Shown one piece after another: positions 31,216 through 45,202 of a stretch of DNA of 64,000 nt. The stretch's first letter is position 1; each line of letters starts with the position of its first letter. The stretch comes from Eledone cirrhosa (Eukaryota). A model generated the notes under the pieces. It made no database searches. It worked only from the letters and a program-made list of their open reading frames with translations, and was not told where the DNA came from. The DNA lies in assembly GCA_964016885.1 (NCBI GenBank), contig OZ024742.1, positions 175,646,001 to 175,710,000 on the forward strand, in the 5' to 3' direction. The position numbers were made by a program, and so were the translations under genes.

Positions 31216-33369
31216 CTGAATCATACTTTTCAGACTGGGTTTAGATTTGGTTGCTTTCTCTCCAATTCCTTTTCTTTCATTGCTTAATTTATTTTTTATC
31301 TTTCATTTTCGTTTCCTCATTGCCATTTGTATTGCACAGTTTTTATCACATTTTCTCTATTGTTCAAATATCACCGTCATGACGATATCCAAAATTAAAG
31401 ATGCTTTTGTACAGGCATACATCATTTATTTCATTATCGTATGTTATAAGGTTTATTGTCAGAGAGTTAGCTCAACAGCAAAAAGTTCACAAAGTAATGT
31501 GAAGTAATTTACAGAGAGGAAGATACTTATGTGTGATATGACATTTAGAGAAAAGCATTTCGTGGATGAAGGAATCTGTTGTAAACAAAAGATCCCCTCT
31601 CTTCCTTATGGTTACTTACTGTATTTCACTTTGTAAACATTTTGTAATTAAGAGGGTGCTGTAGTTTCTTGAATCGTTGTGGAAATGTAGAAAGAATAGA
31701 AAATAGTGTTTGTTTTTTACAGGTTTACAGCAATGCAAATAAGACATTAAAATTTAAAAAACAACTTTACCTTGTAGGTGTTTAATTAGATTTTAGTATT
31801 TTAAGATAAAAAAAATTCCTTTGTCAAAAAAAGATTAAGAAAACTTAGTCAAAGCAGCAATAATCTTGTGTTGTTCCAGAGCTGAAAGCCAAAAAAAGGC
31901 AACAAAAAAAAAAAATAAATAAACACTTTCAGATTCAGAAACGCCAACAGATGAATAAAAAGCATACCCTGCTCCACTGACTTAACTCATCATTCTTTTG
32001 ATAAAGGGATTTTTTTCTTGAAATATTAAGAAATAATTAAACGACTTCAAGATAACATTCCAACAACTTTGTTATTGTTATTTTTCACATTTAATGTCCT
32101 CTTTGCAGACACAAATAATCACTAGTTATTTTCAGATACTACTGTTGAACCATAACTCATCAACATTTTGATTTTTTTCATTCAATTTCCTTTCAAAATC
32201 TCATATAGGATTAGCTAATGTGGATGTCAGTGTGTGGGATGTATGTGAGAAGGTAATGTGTGTGGGTGTAATAATAACCAATATTTACAACACAAAATAT
32301 TCTTCAAAATGAAAATATTTGGGATTAGAATTCTAAATATTTTAGAAACTAAAGCCTATCTATGTTATAAACTGAATAGAATTCCTCATAGAGAGCTTGG
32401 TAATATTCATCAATAATAGAGTTTAATGTAATCTATATTATAATTTATAATACTATCTATTATGTTATAATACAATCTATTATACATTATATATAATATA
32501 AACTATAATATTATCTATTATCTATAATATTATTTAGTATATATGTTCCTTAGATGAAGAGAAAGTTAAAACTGTTTATTAAAAGGAAAGTGATAACAGT
32601 GAGAGGTAGAAGAAAGAGAATACTATTTACAAAGAGCATGTTACTCTGTTAGAGGAAGACGTAGAGAGAAATAAATAAAAGGCCGTTTATCTGAAAAGAA
32701 TAGAAAACTATTTACTGACAGCATGTTATGCAGTAGGAAGAAGAGACAAACCGATAGAGATAAAAGAGTGTTTACCAGAGGAAATATAGTAATGATGAGA
32801 GGCAAAAGAAACAATAGTATTTACTGATATATACCAATGCACACACACATACATACCCAAGATACACTGAAAACGTTTAATAGCTGTTAAAGTGTGGATG
32901 TTATCACTAAGGTTATTGCTTAATAGAGGTTTCAAAGTGTGCTGGGTGCATATTATCTTGGCACCAGGACTAGGAAGGTTGTCATGAATTTGACACAACA
33001 GATGAGTTCACTAAACGTTTCTTTTGGCAAGGTTTCTTCAGCTGGATGCCCTTCCTAATGCCCACCACCTTACAGAATGTATTAGGTGTACTCTGTGTTG
33101 TGATACAAGCACCAGGAATGTTATCAGTCATTGCCTCAAATGAAGAGCATTTTGCACTCCATGGGTGGGGATGCATTGTCCCAATGCACTTCAATAAGTG
33201 AGTAGGGTAAGTGGGATGGTAGGTATGAGCTCATGGGGAAAGGAGCAAGAAAGAACAGGTCAAATCAAATGCCAGGATCATATGACAATTGTGGTTGGCT
33301 TTAATGTAATGTGGATGTTTGTGTGATCGTATATATATATATATAAACAACTGCGTAAACAGCAATAAC

Positions 33370-36300
33370 ACTAACCATGTTAGGGCTGCGCACGGTAGTG
33401 AGGTGGCTAGTGAGGCCATGTGTGAGAACCCCACGACCATCATCAAGCAATTGTACAACAGGAAAAAGAATGAGACGTCGTATCTCAGAGTTGCTACACT
33501 TAATGTTGGCACTCTAACAGGTAGATCTGGTGAGATAGTGGAGATGCTGGAGAGAAGGCATGTAGATGTATGCTGTGTGCAAGAGGTGATATGGAGAGGT
33601 GCCTCTGCAAGACTAATCGCAGGCAAACATCGTAGTTATAAGCTTTTCTGGGTGGGTAATGATGATGGGTTAGGTGGGGTGGGTATATTACTGGCTGAGA
33701 GGTGGATCAATAAGACAATAGAGGTAGTTAAAGTTAGTAATAGAATAATTAAGCTTAGATTAGTTGTAGGCAAGTGACTACTGACAATCATCTCTACCTA
33801 TGCTCCCCAGGCAGGCCTAGGTAAAGAAGAGAAAGACTGCTTTTATGAGCAACATTTAGAAACAGCCTCAATGACAGAGGGCAGAGACATCGTTAAGCTA
33901 GCAGGGGACTTCAATGGATATGTTGGACAGCTCCAAGATAGATACACTGTAGTAGATGGTGGGCACGGTAATGGCTCAAGAAATGAAGAAGGAGTTAAGC
34001 TTCTTGAATTTTGTGATGCAAATGCCCTAACCATTTGCAACACTAACTTCCAGAAGCCTACCAACGACCTAATAACTTACAAATCAGGCGGGCACATAAG
34101 CAGATTGACTTCCTGCTAGTTAGACAGCGAGACAGACAGATGGTGTCAAATACTAAGGCATATTCCGGTGAAGAATGTACCCCACAGCATAGGTTAGTCG
34201 TTAGTGGCATCTCAGTAAGCATGGGAATGAATAAGACATACAGGAAGGTGTGGAAAAGAAAGGTCTGGAAGCTAAAAGACCTTTCATTAAAATATAAATT
34301 TAGCAAAGCTCTTCAAGACGTGTATGACGAAAAGGAAGACGATTTAGAGTTGTATGACATAGATGATAACTAGAATTTCTTACGTGACAACTTACTGCAG
34401 GCTACTGAAGAAACTTTTGGTTGGGGCAGAGCTTCAACCAGACAGAGAGTGACCTGGTGGTGGAACAACACGGTAGATAGGGCCATTAGAGACAAAATAA
34501 TGGCATGGAAGGCTTCGAAAAATGGTGGAGTAGGGAAGGATACACAGCTGCTAGGAGAGAAGCTAGACGTTAGGTGTACTTAGCACGCAGGTGGCCTGAG
34601 AGTAGGAGGTTTGCCAATTTTCTGCGATGGGAAGAGCAGAGACATGCTAGTGTTCCGCATTGCAAGGCAGTGTGCCAGTGCAAATCAGCATGTTTTTGGA
34701 GATAAATGTGTCCGGAATGATGCCGGTGTACTTAGTGTCACGAATGATAAAAAAAGGAGGCCTGGAAATGTCACTATGAGAGACTGATGAATGTGGAGAA
34801 TGAATGGGACAGAGAGAAATTACCCCCAGTATACCCAACAGACCAGCTATTGGGATTGACGAATATAGGATACAAGAAGCAATTAAAGAAATGAAGAATG
34901 GTAAGGCTGCTGGACCGTCGGGAATAGTTGCTGAGATGCTGAAGGCATCAGGTGAAGTAGGCATTAAACTGGTTGCATGCATCATCAATCAAGTTATATA
35001 TGGTGGTGTCATACCCAAAGACTGGTGCAGTAATATTCTCATAAATTGCTACAAATCTAAAGGGGATTCTCTAGAGAGGAGCAATTATAGGGGTATAAAG
35101 CTGATGGATCAGGTTATGAAAGTGGCAGAGAGAATATTAGCGCAACTCATTAGAGAAAGGGTCAAATTAGAGAAGATGCAGTTTGGTTTTGTGTCTGGGA
35201 AAAGTACAACATATGCTATCTTCTTAGTGAGGCAACTACAAGAGAAGTTCTTAGAGAAGAATAAGCCACTATACTTAGCTTTTGTTGGCCTAGAGAAGGC
35301 CTTTGATAGGGTACCCCGATCTGTCATCTGGTGGTCCCTAAGGAAACTAGATGTAGAGGAATGGCTTGTGAGGACAGTGCAAGCTATGTTCAGGGATGCT
35401 GTCAGTAAAGTGAGAGTAGGTACGGAGTTTAGTGAGGAATTCCAAATACAAGTAGGTGTACATCAAGGTTCGGTCCTCAGCCCACTCTTGTTCATTATAG
35501 TCCTCCAAGCCATAGCAGAGGAGTTTAAGACTGGATGCCCATGGGAACTTCTATATGCTGATGATCTGGCTCTTATAGCAGAATCAGTAGAGGAGCTAGA
35601 GAATAAATACTGGCTATGGAAACAGCAGTTGGAATCAAGAGAACTCAGAGTGAACATAGCTAAGACAAAAGTGTTGATAAGTAGAAGAGAGGACAATACT
35701 CTGATTCCATCAGAGAAATGGCCATGTTCTATATGTAGGAAAGGAACTGGCTTAAATTCCATAAAATGTACACAATGCAGATTTTGGGTACACAAGATAT
35801 GTAGTGGGATAGCAGGCAAACTAACAGGTAGGGAAAACTACGTATGCAGTAGATGTACAGGGAAAATTTGGCAGTATTAATCGCAGTGATAGACACATTT
35901 TTCCAATGCAGGTGGGTTCTATAGAGTGGTTGATAGCTTCCGGTACCTAGATGATCAGATTAGCATGGGAGGGAAGGGGGTGTTCCGAGGTCATAGTATC
36001 TAGAATAAGGACTGGTTGGAAGAAGTTTAGGGAGCTGCTTCCTTTTTTGACAAAGAAGGGTTTCTCCCTGCATACGAACGGATGGTTATATGATACCTGT
36101 GTGAGATGCACGATTCTGCATGGTAGTGAAACATGGGCGGCAACTGCAGAGGATATGCGACGGCTGGAGAGAAATGAAGCAAGTATGCTCCATTGGATGT
36201 GCAATGTCAATGTGCGTGAACGACCAAGCATGGACGATTTGAGAAAGAAACTGGGTATAAGAGGGATAAGTTGTGGTTTGCAGGAGAGAAGGCTGAGATG

Positions 36301-36568
36301 GTATGGACATGTGATGCGCATGGAGGATGACGGCTGCGTAAAGAAGTGCCAAAAAAAATCCCAGTAGAAGGAAGACGCAGTAGAGATAGACCAAGTAAAA
36401 CATGGGCGGAGGTGGTGGGAAGCAGACCTCAGATCGCTGAAACTCACCAAGGAGATGACGAAGGACCGTGACAAGTGGAGAGATGCTGTTCTGAATAGGA
36501 CCCATCCAACCCTTGTAAGTAGGGAAAAGCGGACGTAAAATGATGATGATTATGATGATGATGATGAT
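33370..36568 (+). mobile_element. Near full-length decayed RTE-clade LINE (APE endonuclease, RT, PHD finger) with a (TGA)n tail
   Basis: APE motifs LRVATLNVG, CCVQE, GDFNG and H RLVV. RT motifs NYRGIKL, QFGF, AFV.LEKAFD, GVHQGSVLSP and LLYADDL. C-terminal RRLRWYGHVMR. Tail GGACGTAAAA(TGA)n. Multiple stops and frameshifts. The 5' boundary is approximate. Confidence 0.93.
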
Positions 36569-38639
36569 ATAGAAATTACTTCTACAAGACTAGAACTGAT
36601 TCATTTATAGGAAATTATCAGGATTTTCCTGATGATTTCACATGAATGAAACAGTTGTACATTTGTAGAAGTCATTTCTATATATAAAATAAAAATGCCT
36701 ATATCCTACCTATGTATTGAGTACCTCTGGTAACTGTGGTTAAGTGCCCCCCACCCCCACCCCCAACACAATTCCATGGAAGTATATAAATCTCACTTAT
36801 TCCTTCAACAGGATTATTGACTATACCCATAGGATGAAACACTGTGTAAGGAATAAATTTGTTCTTAAAAGTCTTCTTTCCTTCACCATAAATTTCAGTT
36901 TATATATAGTATATAACTAGAGACCGCAAAGGCTGACACTATGAATTGAACTAGCACTCCCTAACAGTTATTCTGAACTTCACTACTTGAATCCCCTCCC
37001 AAGCACATTCCTAGCAGCTGACATGAAGTGGTTGGTGATAGGAATAGCTTTTAGCCATGGAAAGCTTGCCAAACAAACAAAGGCTCAGGAGGATCCTTTC
37101 AATCATGTGATGGTCATGACAGCTTCCTTAATGTTGGTGATCTACACAATAAACACACCCAGTAATTGCTGTAAAGTGGTTGATGATGGGAAAAGCATCC
37201 AGCCATAGCACATTCACCAGACAAAGGGTTGAGATGAACCTTCAGTCATATCAAGGACATGACAAATTCCCTTGAGTTGGTGACATATACAATAAATGCA
37301 CCCAGTGCATGCTGTAAAGTGGTTGGTGATAAGAAGAGTATTTGGCCATAGAAATCTTGCCAAACAAAGGTTTTGGAGGACCGTTCATTGTGTCAAAGGC
37401 ATGACAACCTTTCCTGAGTATTCGATGGAACATGAGTCCATACATAAATGAAATAGATCCCTTTCCTGCCTGGGAGATCAGTGGCTCTGTTTCAGTACTG
37501 ACTTTTTATGAAACTCTCCAATGTTTGCTGGCAAGGAAAGTGGACGTTAAAACAACAATGATGATGATGACATATATATAACAACTGGTTTCCAGAGTTT
37601 CAGTCTACCAAATTTTCCTCACTAGACATGGGTCATCCTCGAACTAATTTGAATTACAGTCATTCAATTATAAGCAATATTGTATCCTTGTATCCTATGT
37701 AACTGTATTTATGCAGTTTTATAACATAGAACCAGAAGTTCTTTGGGGTGGGTTGGTATCAAAGTCTTTGTCTAATAAATATCCCCATACCACATAATCT
37801 TAATTTTCCTCACCTATAAATTTCAGACTTTATCCCTATCAATAAAATAATCACTCCAATTATTCACTATACACAAAACATCTGAAAAAAAACAAAAAGA
37901 AAAAACCCAAGACGTGTATTTGAGGGAGATGAAATGAAGTGCTCTTCAATTTAATATCTCTCCAGTTCTACATCCACATTATTCTTTTCCTCACTAGGAA
38001 ATGTTTTGTTTGGTTTTATTTTACTTTATTTCATTTTCAAATTGATAAATTATGAAGAGACTTTTGACATTTCATTAGTAGACATATTGATTGAGTGTTT
38101 ATACGATTTAACAGGATGTTCTACGAAAAAATAAATATACTAATATATTTAAAAAGAGAGAAAGAAAGGTCTGCAAAGACAATTCCAATATTGCTGTGTT
38201 AACAGAATCGAGTTGTCTTTATCTAAATGTGGTGCCTAATTGGTCTAGACACTGCTGAGGGAGTAAAACCAAAACAACAAACTTCAAGAGGACATCCTTT
38301 TGAATTGCCAGGATATTAGGATATTATCCATGTAATAATTGTCAGATTTTATCTCGATAAATAGATGATGAGTAAATTAAACTTGATGCTAATTCCTGTA
38401 AAAAGTTGTAATTAAGATATTTCCTCCAGAATATATTTAATTGCAATGGCAAACAGTATAATGTCTATTTAGTCCATTAGAACATTTTATGTTACATTTT
38501 ATTTCCATTAAACCAAAAATTATGATGACAGAATGATACAGAAAATTAAGTTGTGAATATAAAAGCTAGAGAAGCATATATAGATGTACATTTATATACA
38601 TATGATAGACAATTTTTTGGATATGTCCTCAATAATTTT

Positions 38640-39050
38640 GCACTGAGTACACCCTGTAAAGTGTTAGTGCTGGTGCCACAATAAAATGCGCATAGTACAC
38701 TCTGTAAAGTGGTAGTATTAGTGTCACAATTAAATGCACTCAGTACACTCTGTAGATTCTATTATCAGTACCACAATAAAATGCACCAGGTACATTCTAA
38801 AGTGGTAGTGCTGGAATCACAATAAACTGTACCTTGTACACTCTGTAAATGTTAGTATTGGTGACAGGATGAAATGCACACACTACTCTCTGGAATGTTG
38901 TTGGCATTAGAAAAGATATACAGCTTTAGATGTACAGCAAACTATGGAACATAAGAACAAGATGTGGTTCAATATTCGGACTAGTTTTACTCATGATAAC
39001 CCCCAAAATTCTTGCCAACATGGAAAACAGATGTAAAATGACGATAGAAA
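38640..39050 (+). mobile_element. SINE with an RTE-like 3' tail and an internal tandem array of about 47 bp
   Basis: About 5 copies of AGTACACTCTGTAAAGTGGTAG...CACAATAAAATGCAC. Ends GCCAACATGGAAAACAGATGTAAAATGACGAT, similar to the RTE end at 36500-36568. Confidence 0.7.
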
Positions 39051-39174
39051 AATATTGTGAATAGGAAATCTACACAAGAACATACAGATATTTGTTTATC
39101 AGGAGTTTCAAACCTATGAACCGTGAACTACTTTTCTATGGCCTGTAACAGAACAATTTTATTTCCCTGTTTTA

Positions 39175-39440
39175 ATCATCATCTTCACCGTTTTACGTCC
39201 GATCTTCCATGCTAGCATGGGTTAAACGGGTTGTCCTGTTGTGGCATTGTCCAGTCGGCTGACCTTGTCTTGCTCATACAGGAACTGATTCTGGTTTGAT
39301 TTCTACTGCTGGATGCCCTTCTTAACACCAACCTCATTTACAGTGAGTGCTGGGTGCTTTTTTTCCATGGCACCTACACGTCCACTTTACAGTGTGGGCT
39401 GGGTGCTTTTTTGCCGTGGCACCTCCACGAACACTTTGCA
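39175..39440 (-). mobile_element. SINE with an RTE-like 3' tail
   Basis: Plus strand ATCATCATC...TTTTACGTCCG...TTCCATGCTAGCATGGGTT...CTGGATGCCCTTCTTAAC...TTTACAG. Similar copies near 430, 37250, 42280, 44450, 46535, 48390, 53250, 54170, 58680, 59530, 60845 and 61250. Confidence 0.72.
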
Positions 39441-40039
39441 GTGGGGGGAGGGGGGCATTGTGTCTATATGCTTCAGATTTGGCTTGTTCCTGTGGGAAGT
39501 TGGGTCTTCTGTATTACTGTGTGATGCCAGAGGTCACGGTCATGTGTCATTGCCCTTGAGAGGTGCAAAATATTTATAAAATCAATTTATTGAAATTTAA
39601 TAAAATGGAAAAAAAAAAAATTGACCAGATTGAAAACAAAATTATGTAAAGTTTGCAACTGAAAATTTGAGACTGAAAATTTGACTCCCTACATTTTGGA
39701 CTAATTCACATATTCCACTTATTATTATATGTGTATTCATGTTGATGAAAACAAAAATATATATAGGAACATATCAGCTCTATTGCAGATTATCATTATA
39801 ACTGGTGGAAATCACACCTTGTTCTTCTCACTTTTGGCCCATTGTAGTTCTCACCCAGAGCAGTGAATTGGTAGACTTGTTAGATCACAAGATAGAATAC
39901 ATTGTGGCATTCATTCCAGCTCTCTTCAAATCCTGCTAAGGCTAATTTTGCATTTCAGACTTCGTCTGTGAGAACTGATCCAACTCATGTTAGAGATAAC
40001 TGTATACAATTTCAGTACAGATAGATGGGTAATAAGTAA

Positions 40040-40460
40040 AGACCCCTCTTCAGTCATGAATGTCCATGGGATTTGCACCTAGAAAGTTCCCCTCTGAGCT
40101 ACAAGCCAGGCAAGGTATTTTTGTGGGAGACCAGCATTCACCCATGCACGCCAATCTCCCTTCTCCACACTACCAACGTTGTCCAAAGTAAAGCCAAAGG
40201 CCAATACAGCTTGGTGCCAGTCACATTACAACTCATATATACATGATATACACTATATTTTAAGTTATCCAAGAAAAAGATGAAGGCCAATACCGTTTCG
40301 TACTAGTGACATTGCAACTTTTTTTTTCCATTTGAGTGAACAGAAGCAACATGAAATAAAGTGTCTTGTGCAAGAATACAGTACACTGCTGGGTCTGGGA
40401 ATCTAACTCACAACCACACAATTGTGAACCCAACAATCTAACCATTAAGTCTTGCACCTT
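40040..40460 (-). mobile_element. tRNA-headed SINE
   Basis: Reverse-complement homologue of 40987-41270. Confidence 0.65.
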
Positions 40461-40986
40461 CCCTAGTGCAGGTAGATATATAACAGGTAAACAATTTTTT
40501 GGAAAATCTCAAACAATAATGGTAGGATAATGAAATTACAATATACTATAGGTATGAATAATAAAACTCCTAAAGATTATTGCCAATCCAGCTGTTGTTA
40601 ATAAATTATTCTAACAACATAGTAAAATATACATCTAAGCAATATAAATGTGGTCTTAAACAACAGTCAAGTCATAAACCACTCAGAATTGTTGTTATTA
40701 CTCTTTTGATCTTCAGCTAGCAGTTCACACTTTTAAATATTCTTCAACTTGATATTAAAAAAATTCTTGTCATATTCACTTGGTTTCAGTCGATAGCAGT
40801 CTAATGTAAACTATAAAATAGTAACACTTAACATCCAGCAACAATTTATCAGGAAATATTTATTTAAAAAAAAAAGTTTGTTATTTCAAACATTTATAGT
40901 ACCTTTACTACTGAATACATAGATCATTGTGAAAAGTTGCAGTGTTAGTATTAGTGAAGACTTTTATAATGTGATATAATCATGTG

Positions 40987-41270
40987 AAGGTGCATGGCTG
41001 AGTGGTCAAAGCATTGAGTTCACAATCATGATGTTGTTAATTCAATTCCTGGTGAATTGTGTCCTTAAGCAAGACACTTTATTTCATACAACTGTGTTGT
41101 GACATCACTAGTGCTAAGCTGTATTGGCCTTTGCTTTTATATTGGATAACATGAGTAGCATCGATAGGGGAGACTGACATTACTTGTACCTTAGAGGGGA
41201 ACTTTCTAGCTGCAAAACCCATGGTCTTACATAATCGAAGAGGATCTTTATAATCATAGAGCTGTTTTGT
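40987..41270 (+). mobile_element. tRNA-headed SINE
   Basis: A-box-like TGGCTGAGTGG and B-box-like ATTCAATTCC, followed by GTGTCCTTAAGCAAGACACTTTA. Related heads near 45938 and 47040. Confidence 0.65.
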
Positions 41271-41539
41271 ATTTACCAAATTTTTTTTTTTTTAAGAATG
41301 AATTATTTAATGAAAAAACAAAATAGATAATAATTTTAAAAAAAAACCTTATTTAGTAAGAAAAAAAAAGGGGGGGAAACAAAGAAAGAAACAATAGGGA
41401 AATATAGATTTTTAAAAAAAGAGAGAAAGAAAGAAGAAAAAGAAAGAGAAAGGGAGGGGATGACAAGAGCTCTGGTGTCGCAGAAGAGAAGGGTTGAGTG
41501 GGGAGGGTGATTGGGCTTTGGGCCGAGGGAAAAGAGGCA

Positions 41540-41700
41540 GGAGTGCTGCGCCCTGCAGACAAGATGGTAAAAGCATTCCCCCAGACGATAGTCAGTGACA
41601 CCTGCTGCAACAGCCACCCAACTTTGCGAGGCTCTCTCCTCAGACGGGCCACCGATGGTCCTATTATGTGGAGGAGTTCGGCAGTACGGGGGTCCAAATA
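41540..41700 (-). mobile_element. 3' fragment of a CRE/NeSL-like (REL endonuclease) non-LTR element
   Basis: IG...A...REPRKVGWLLQQVSLTIVWGNAFTILS resembles the CRE-type C-terminal EPRE..WL.QRLSLA..RGNA..IL. A T-rich tract follows on the element strand. Confidence 0.62.
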
Positions 41701-44700
41701 ATCTTGGTTTCAGGTAACATCAGCCATAAATTTTTAAACAATAAGTAGTCGCAGGTATAACTGTATGCTAAAGGAGATTGCTTTACAACCACATAGTTTT
41801 GGGATCACACTGACTGTGTGGCACCTTGAACAAGAATATTGGAAATTATAGGAAGTATATCATCAGAGATATGGCAACGAAAGGGTGAAAGTTGACATTT
41901 TTTTTGTTTTTTTTCAGCAGCTTTACACAACGTTTCTTCATCTCCTAATACTGTAGAGGGGACATCAATTGTTGTGTGTCCCTTAAACTCATCAATATTA
42001 AATGTCAACTCTACAATGTTTATGTGGTTTAAATGGGTATTTTCTAACAGCTTCTCTTTACTAATTGCATTCTTTCATGATATCTACCATGAAGTTCAGG
42101 GTTTGGAAATCAGCTCTTATCATCTCTGTCCATGTCTTTCTGAGACTTCCTCTACTCCAGCTTCTTTCTATTGGAATCTTGTGACACTTCTGCATACAAC
42201 AACCATTATCCATTGATATCACATATCCATACCATTGCAGACTTGATAGAAATACATTTTATTTCTCATTAAGAATAATGTCATAGGCATTAGGAAGAGC
42301 ATCGAGTAATAGAAACCATGCAAAAAGTAGAATGTATTGAACTAGTTTGGTTATCCGATCAATCTGATCACAGACCATGACAACCCATACCAGCAGGGAA
42401 AGGGAACATAAAATGATAATTAAGATGATTAATTAACTCATATTCTATTATGTATTTCATGCTGTGTCATTAATACATTTTCTATGAATTAAAATAAAAA
42501 GATCTTTTTTCTTTTATCTCTAATCTATTAAAGCAACTTATATCTTAGATTCATTTCAAAATGGTGTGTGCATGTGTTAGTGAGTGCACCTGTGTGTGTG
42601 TGAGAGAGGGAGGGAAAGTGCATATCTAAAGATATTTGTCAGAAAATTTCAATTATTGAAGTTTCTATACAAACACAGATCCCACCCCCATATACATATA
42701 GTCACACACAAATATATAGATATATATACACATATGCACACAGATATACAAACATACACATGTATAAATACAGTTATACATGCACACACATATGATACAT
42801 ATGTACATATATCCACATGCATGATTGTATATATGTATAATTTAAATATGTGTTCTAATGCAGTTATAAAAATACCAATTTTAGAACAAATTATTTGTTC
42901 CCTGTTTGAAATATGGGATTTGTAGAAAATCAATTTGAAATTAATTTTTTTTCTAACATCTTAGAAACTGTAGCAATAAGTTTCTTCTTAAACAATTTTA
43001 CTTGTGTAAATTTCTACTTGCAACATATACACATTTATTTAGCTTCCAAAACTCATATGAAATGAATGGCTTCTATTTAACCCTTAAATCAGTTCTAGTA
43101 TAGTTAAATTTGGGGAATCCTTACAGGTTTCTCATTGTGAATAAATATTTCAATTTCTTGGTTGAATTTATTTAATTTCAAAATGTATACGGATTTGCAT
43201 CAACAACTGTTTTTATAGACAGCAAATTGGAAGACTTGTTAGAACATCGGATATACTCTGAGTTTAAATGTTGCTGAAGTTAACTTTGTCTCTCAAGGAC
43301 AATAAATAAAGTACTAGTCCAGTACTAAGGTCAACTTTTCTATATCTCTCTCTACCATCCTCTCTATCATACTCTCTCCTTCTTGGGAAGAAATTAGATG
43401 TACATAAAGCAGGAGATGGGATGGGCTCAACCAGATTTAAAATGCCTAATTAACACTGTATGCCACAATGGTGCCCCTATAATTCATCCAGGACCTACGG
43501 GTCCATAGATACATAGAACTGTATAGTTTAAACGTAATGAAACAAACCTTCAATACTTCTGACAAGAAGTGTTCCAGTTGTTCAATCAATGGATCGATCT
43601 GTTCATGATATTAATATATAAGTGGCTGAACATTCCACTGATCTGGTCTTTTCTCATCCTCTTTATTGATGGTCAGGGATCATGGACAATTGTACCAACG
43701 TTCATCTATATGATGCTGTATGTCCACGATTCTCATCATATACTGGTTCACTATTGTCTATTTCACACAATGTATTAACATTCTTATAATACTTGTTTTT
43801 ATTGTCCCCATTATTTGAGTAAGTCTGTTGTTATTTTTGTTCTGCATTAATCTCAACAAAGCAAGGTGTATGTTTGCAATTTATGTTTCCAATACATAAT
43901 AGCTAGTATCATTTCTTTTCGATATAATTCTAAATCTTAATATTACATATATACACACACATCACATATCACCCAAAACAATATCAAAATCAATTTAAAA
44001 TTAAACTACCAGAGATTCACCCTATATCTTGTAACACAAAAACCTCAACAAAGGAAAGCACCATCCACCAGAAACAAACAGTTCTGTTATATCGTTTCAC
44101 ATTTAACCAATACAAAAATTAAAATGTTGAAATAAACAAAATATTAAAAATCAAAATATCTACAGACATTCTGCTAGAGGCAATAGATTTCCTCAGGTCA
44201 CAGCTGTTGTCCAGTTTCAGTTGCAATTGTGGAAACATGGGTATCTGTACTATAAATGATATGCCTTCACCTGGTCCAAGCCTTCATCAAATATCTTAGC
44301 TCACATTAACTCTATCTAACAGTTTGCAGTTAAATTTACTTCTCAAGTTACAACCCAATTTTAAGCTTGAAATAATGCCAAATTTTACCAAAATATCTTT
44401 ATGCATTCTAGGCTACAATTAAAGTGCTTAAAAAACACATTTTTATTATTATCATCATCATTTAACATCAATTTCCCCCTACTAGCAACGAGTTGGATGT
44501 GTCATCACAAATTATATCAGTACTTAGCTAGAGCCACAGACCTTTCAGTAGGGTTTGGTGCTTCATCTTACACACAAATGTTCATATACTCCACAAAATG
44601 TACAGGGTGATTTTATTATGACACCAGAAGGAAGTTGTCCTATCTTTGATACAACTGGAGAGTTGTTTCAACCTTTTGTTTGGCAAGATTTATACGGCTG

Positions 44701-44944
44701 GGTAGCGTTTTTATCATCAAACACTTTACAGAATGTACTGGTGCATTATATTGTTGTTGTTCTCTTAACACAAGAAGCATCTTCATAATCCCACTCTCAT
44801 GGTAATGTAGCATAAGATAAATGTAATTATGATGATTTCTTTCATTGCATACCATTAGAAAAATTGTCCAAATCTAACTTCATACAAATATATTGCAATA
44901 CTCTTGCTGCTACCATTGAGCAAGCAGTCAAAATGTTGACCTCT

Positions 44945-45202
44945 TTAACACTTGTTACTAAAAGGCCTGAAACTGCCACTGGTTATATGATACAAGTTTG
45001 TTTTTAAGTGTTTATATTTATCTATAAACCTTACATTATACTTTTATGTGAGGACATTTGTTAAGTTATGCTTCAAAAAGCAGCTTGAAATTAAGAAAGT
45101 TAGTTATGTTACTAAATCCTTCCAAATTCTTGATTGCATTCAAAATTATTTGAAAACCATAGGCTGTGTCTTTCATTGGAAATATGTTGACGAAAGGGTT
45201 AA
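44945..45202. mobile_element. TTAA-flanked MITE (piggyBac-like ends)
   Basis: TTAA-CACTTGTTAC ... GTTGACGAAAGGG-TTAA. Homologous to 47277-47494. Confidence 0.55.

Noticed and set aside
40987-41055. tRNA gene
   Set aside because: Only degenerate A/B boxes with no cloverleaf. It continues into a SINE body.
43540-43790. Protein-like minus-strand frames
   Set aside because: Interrupted by stops, with no recognisable motif or splice signals.
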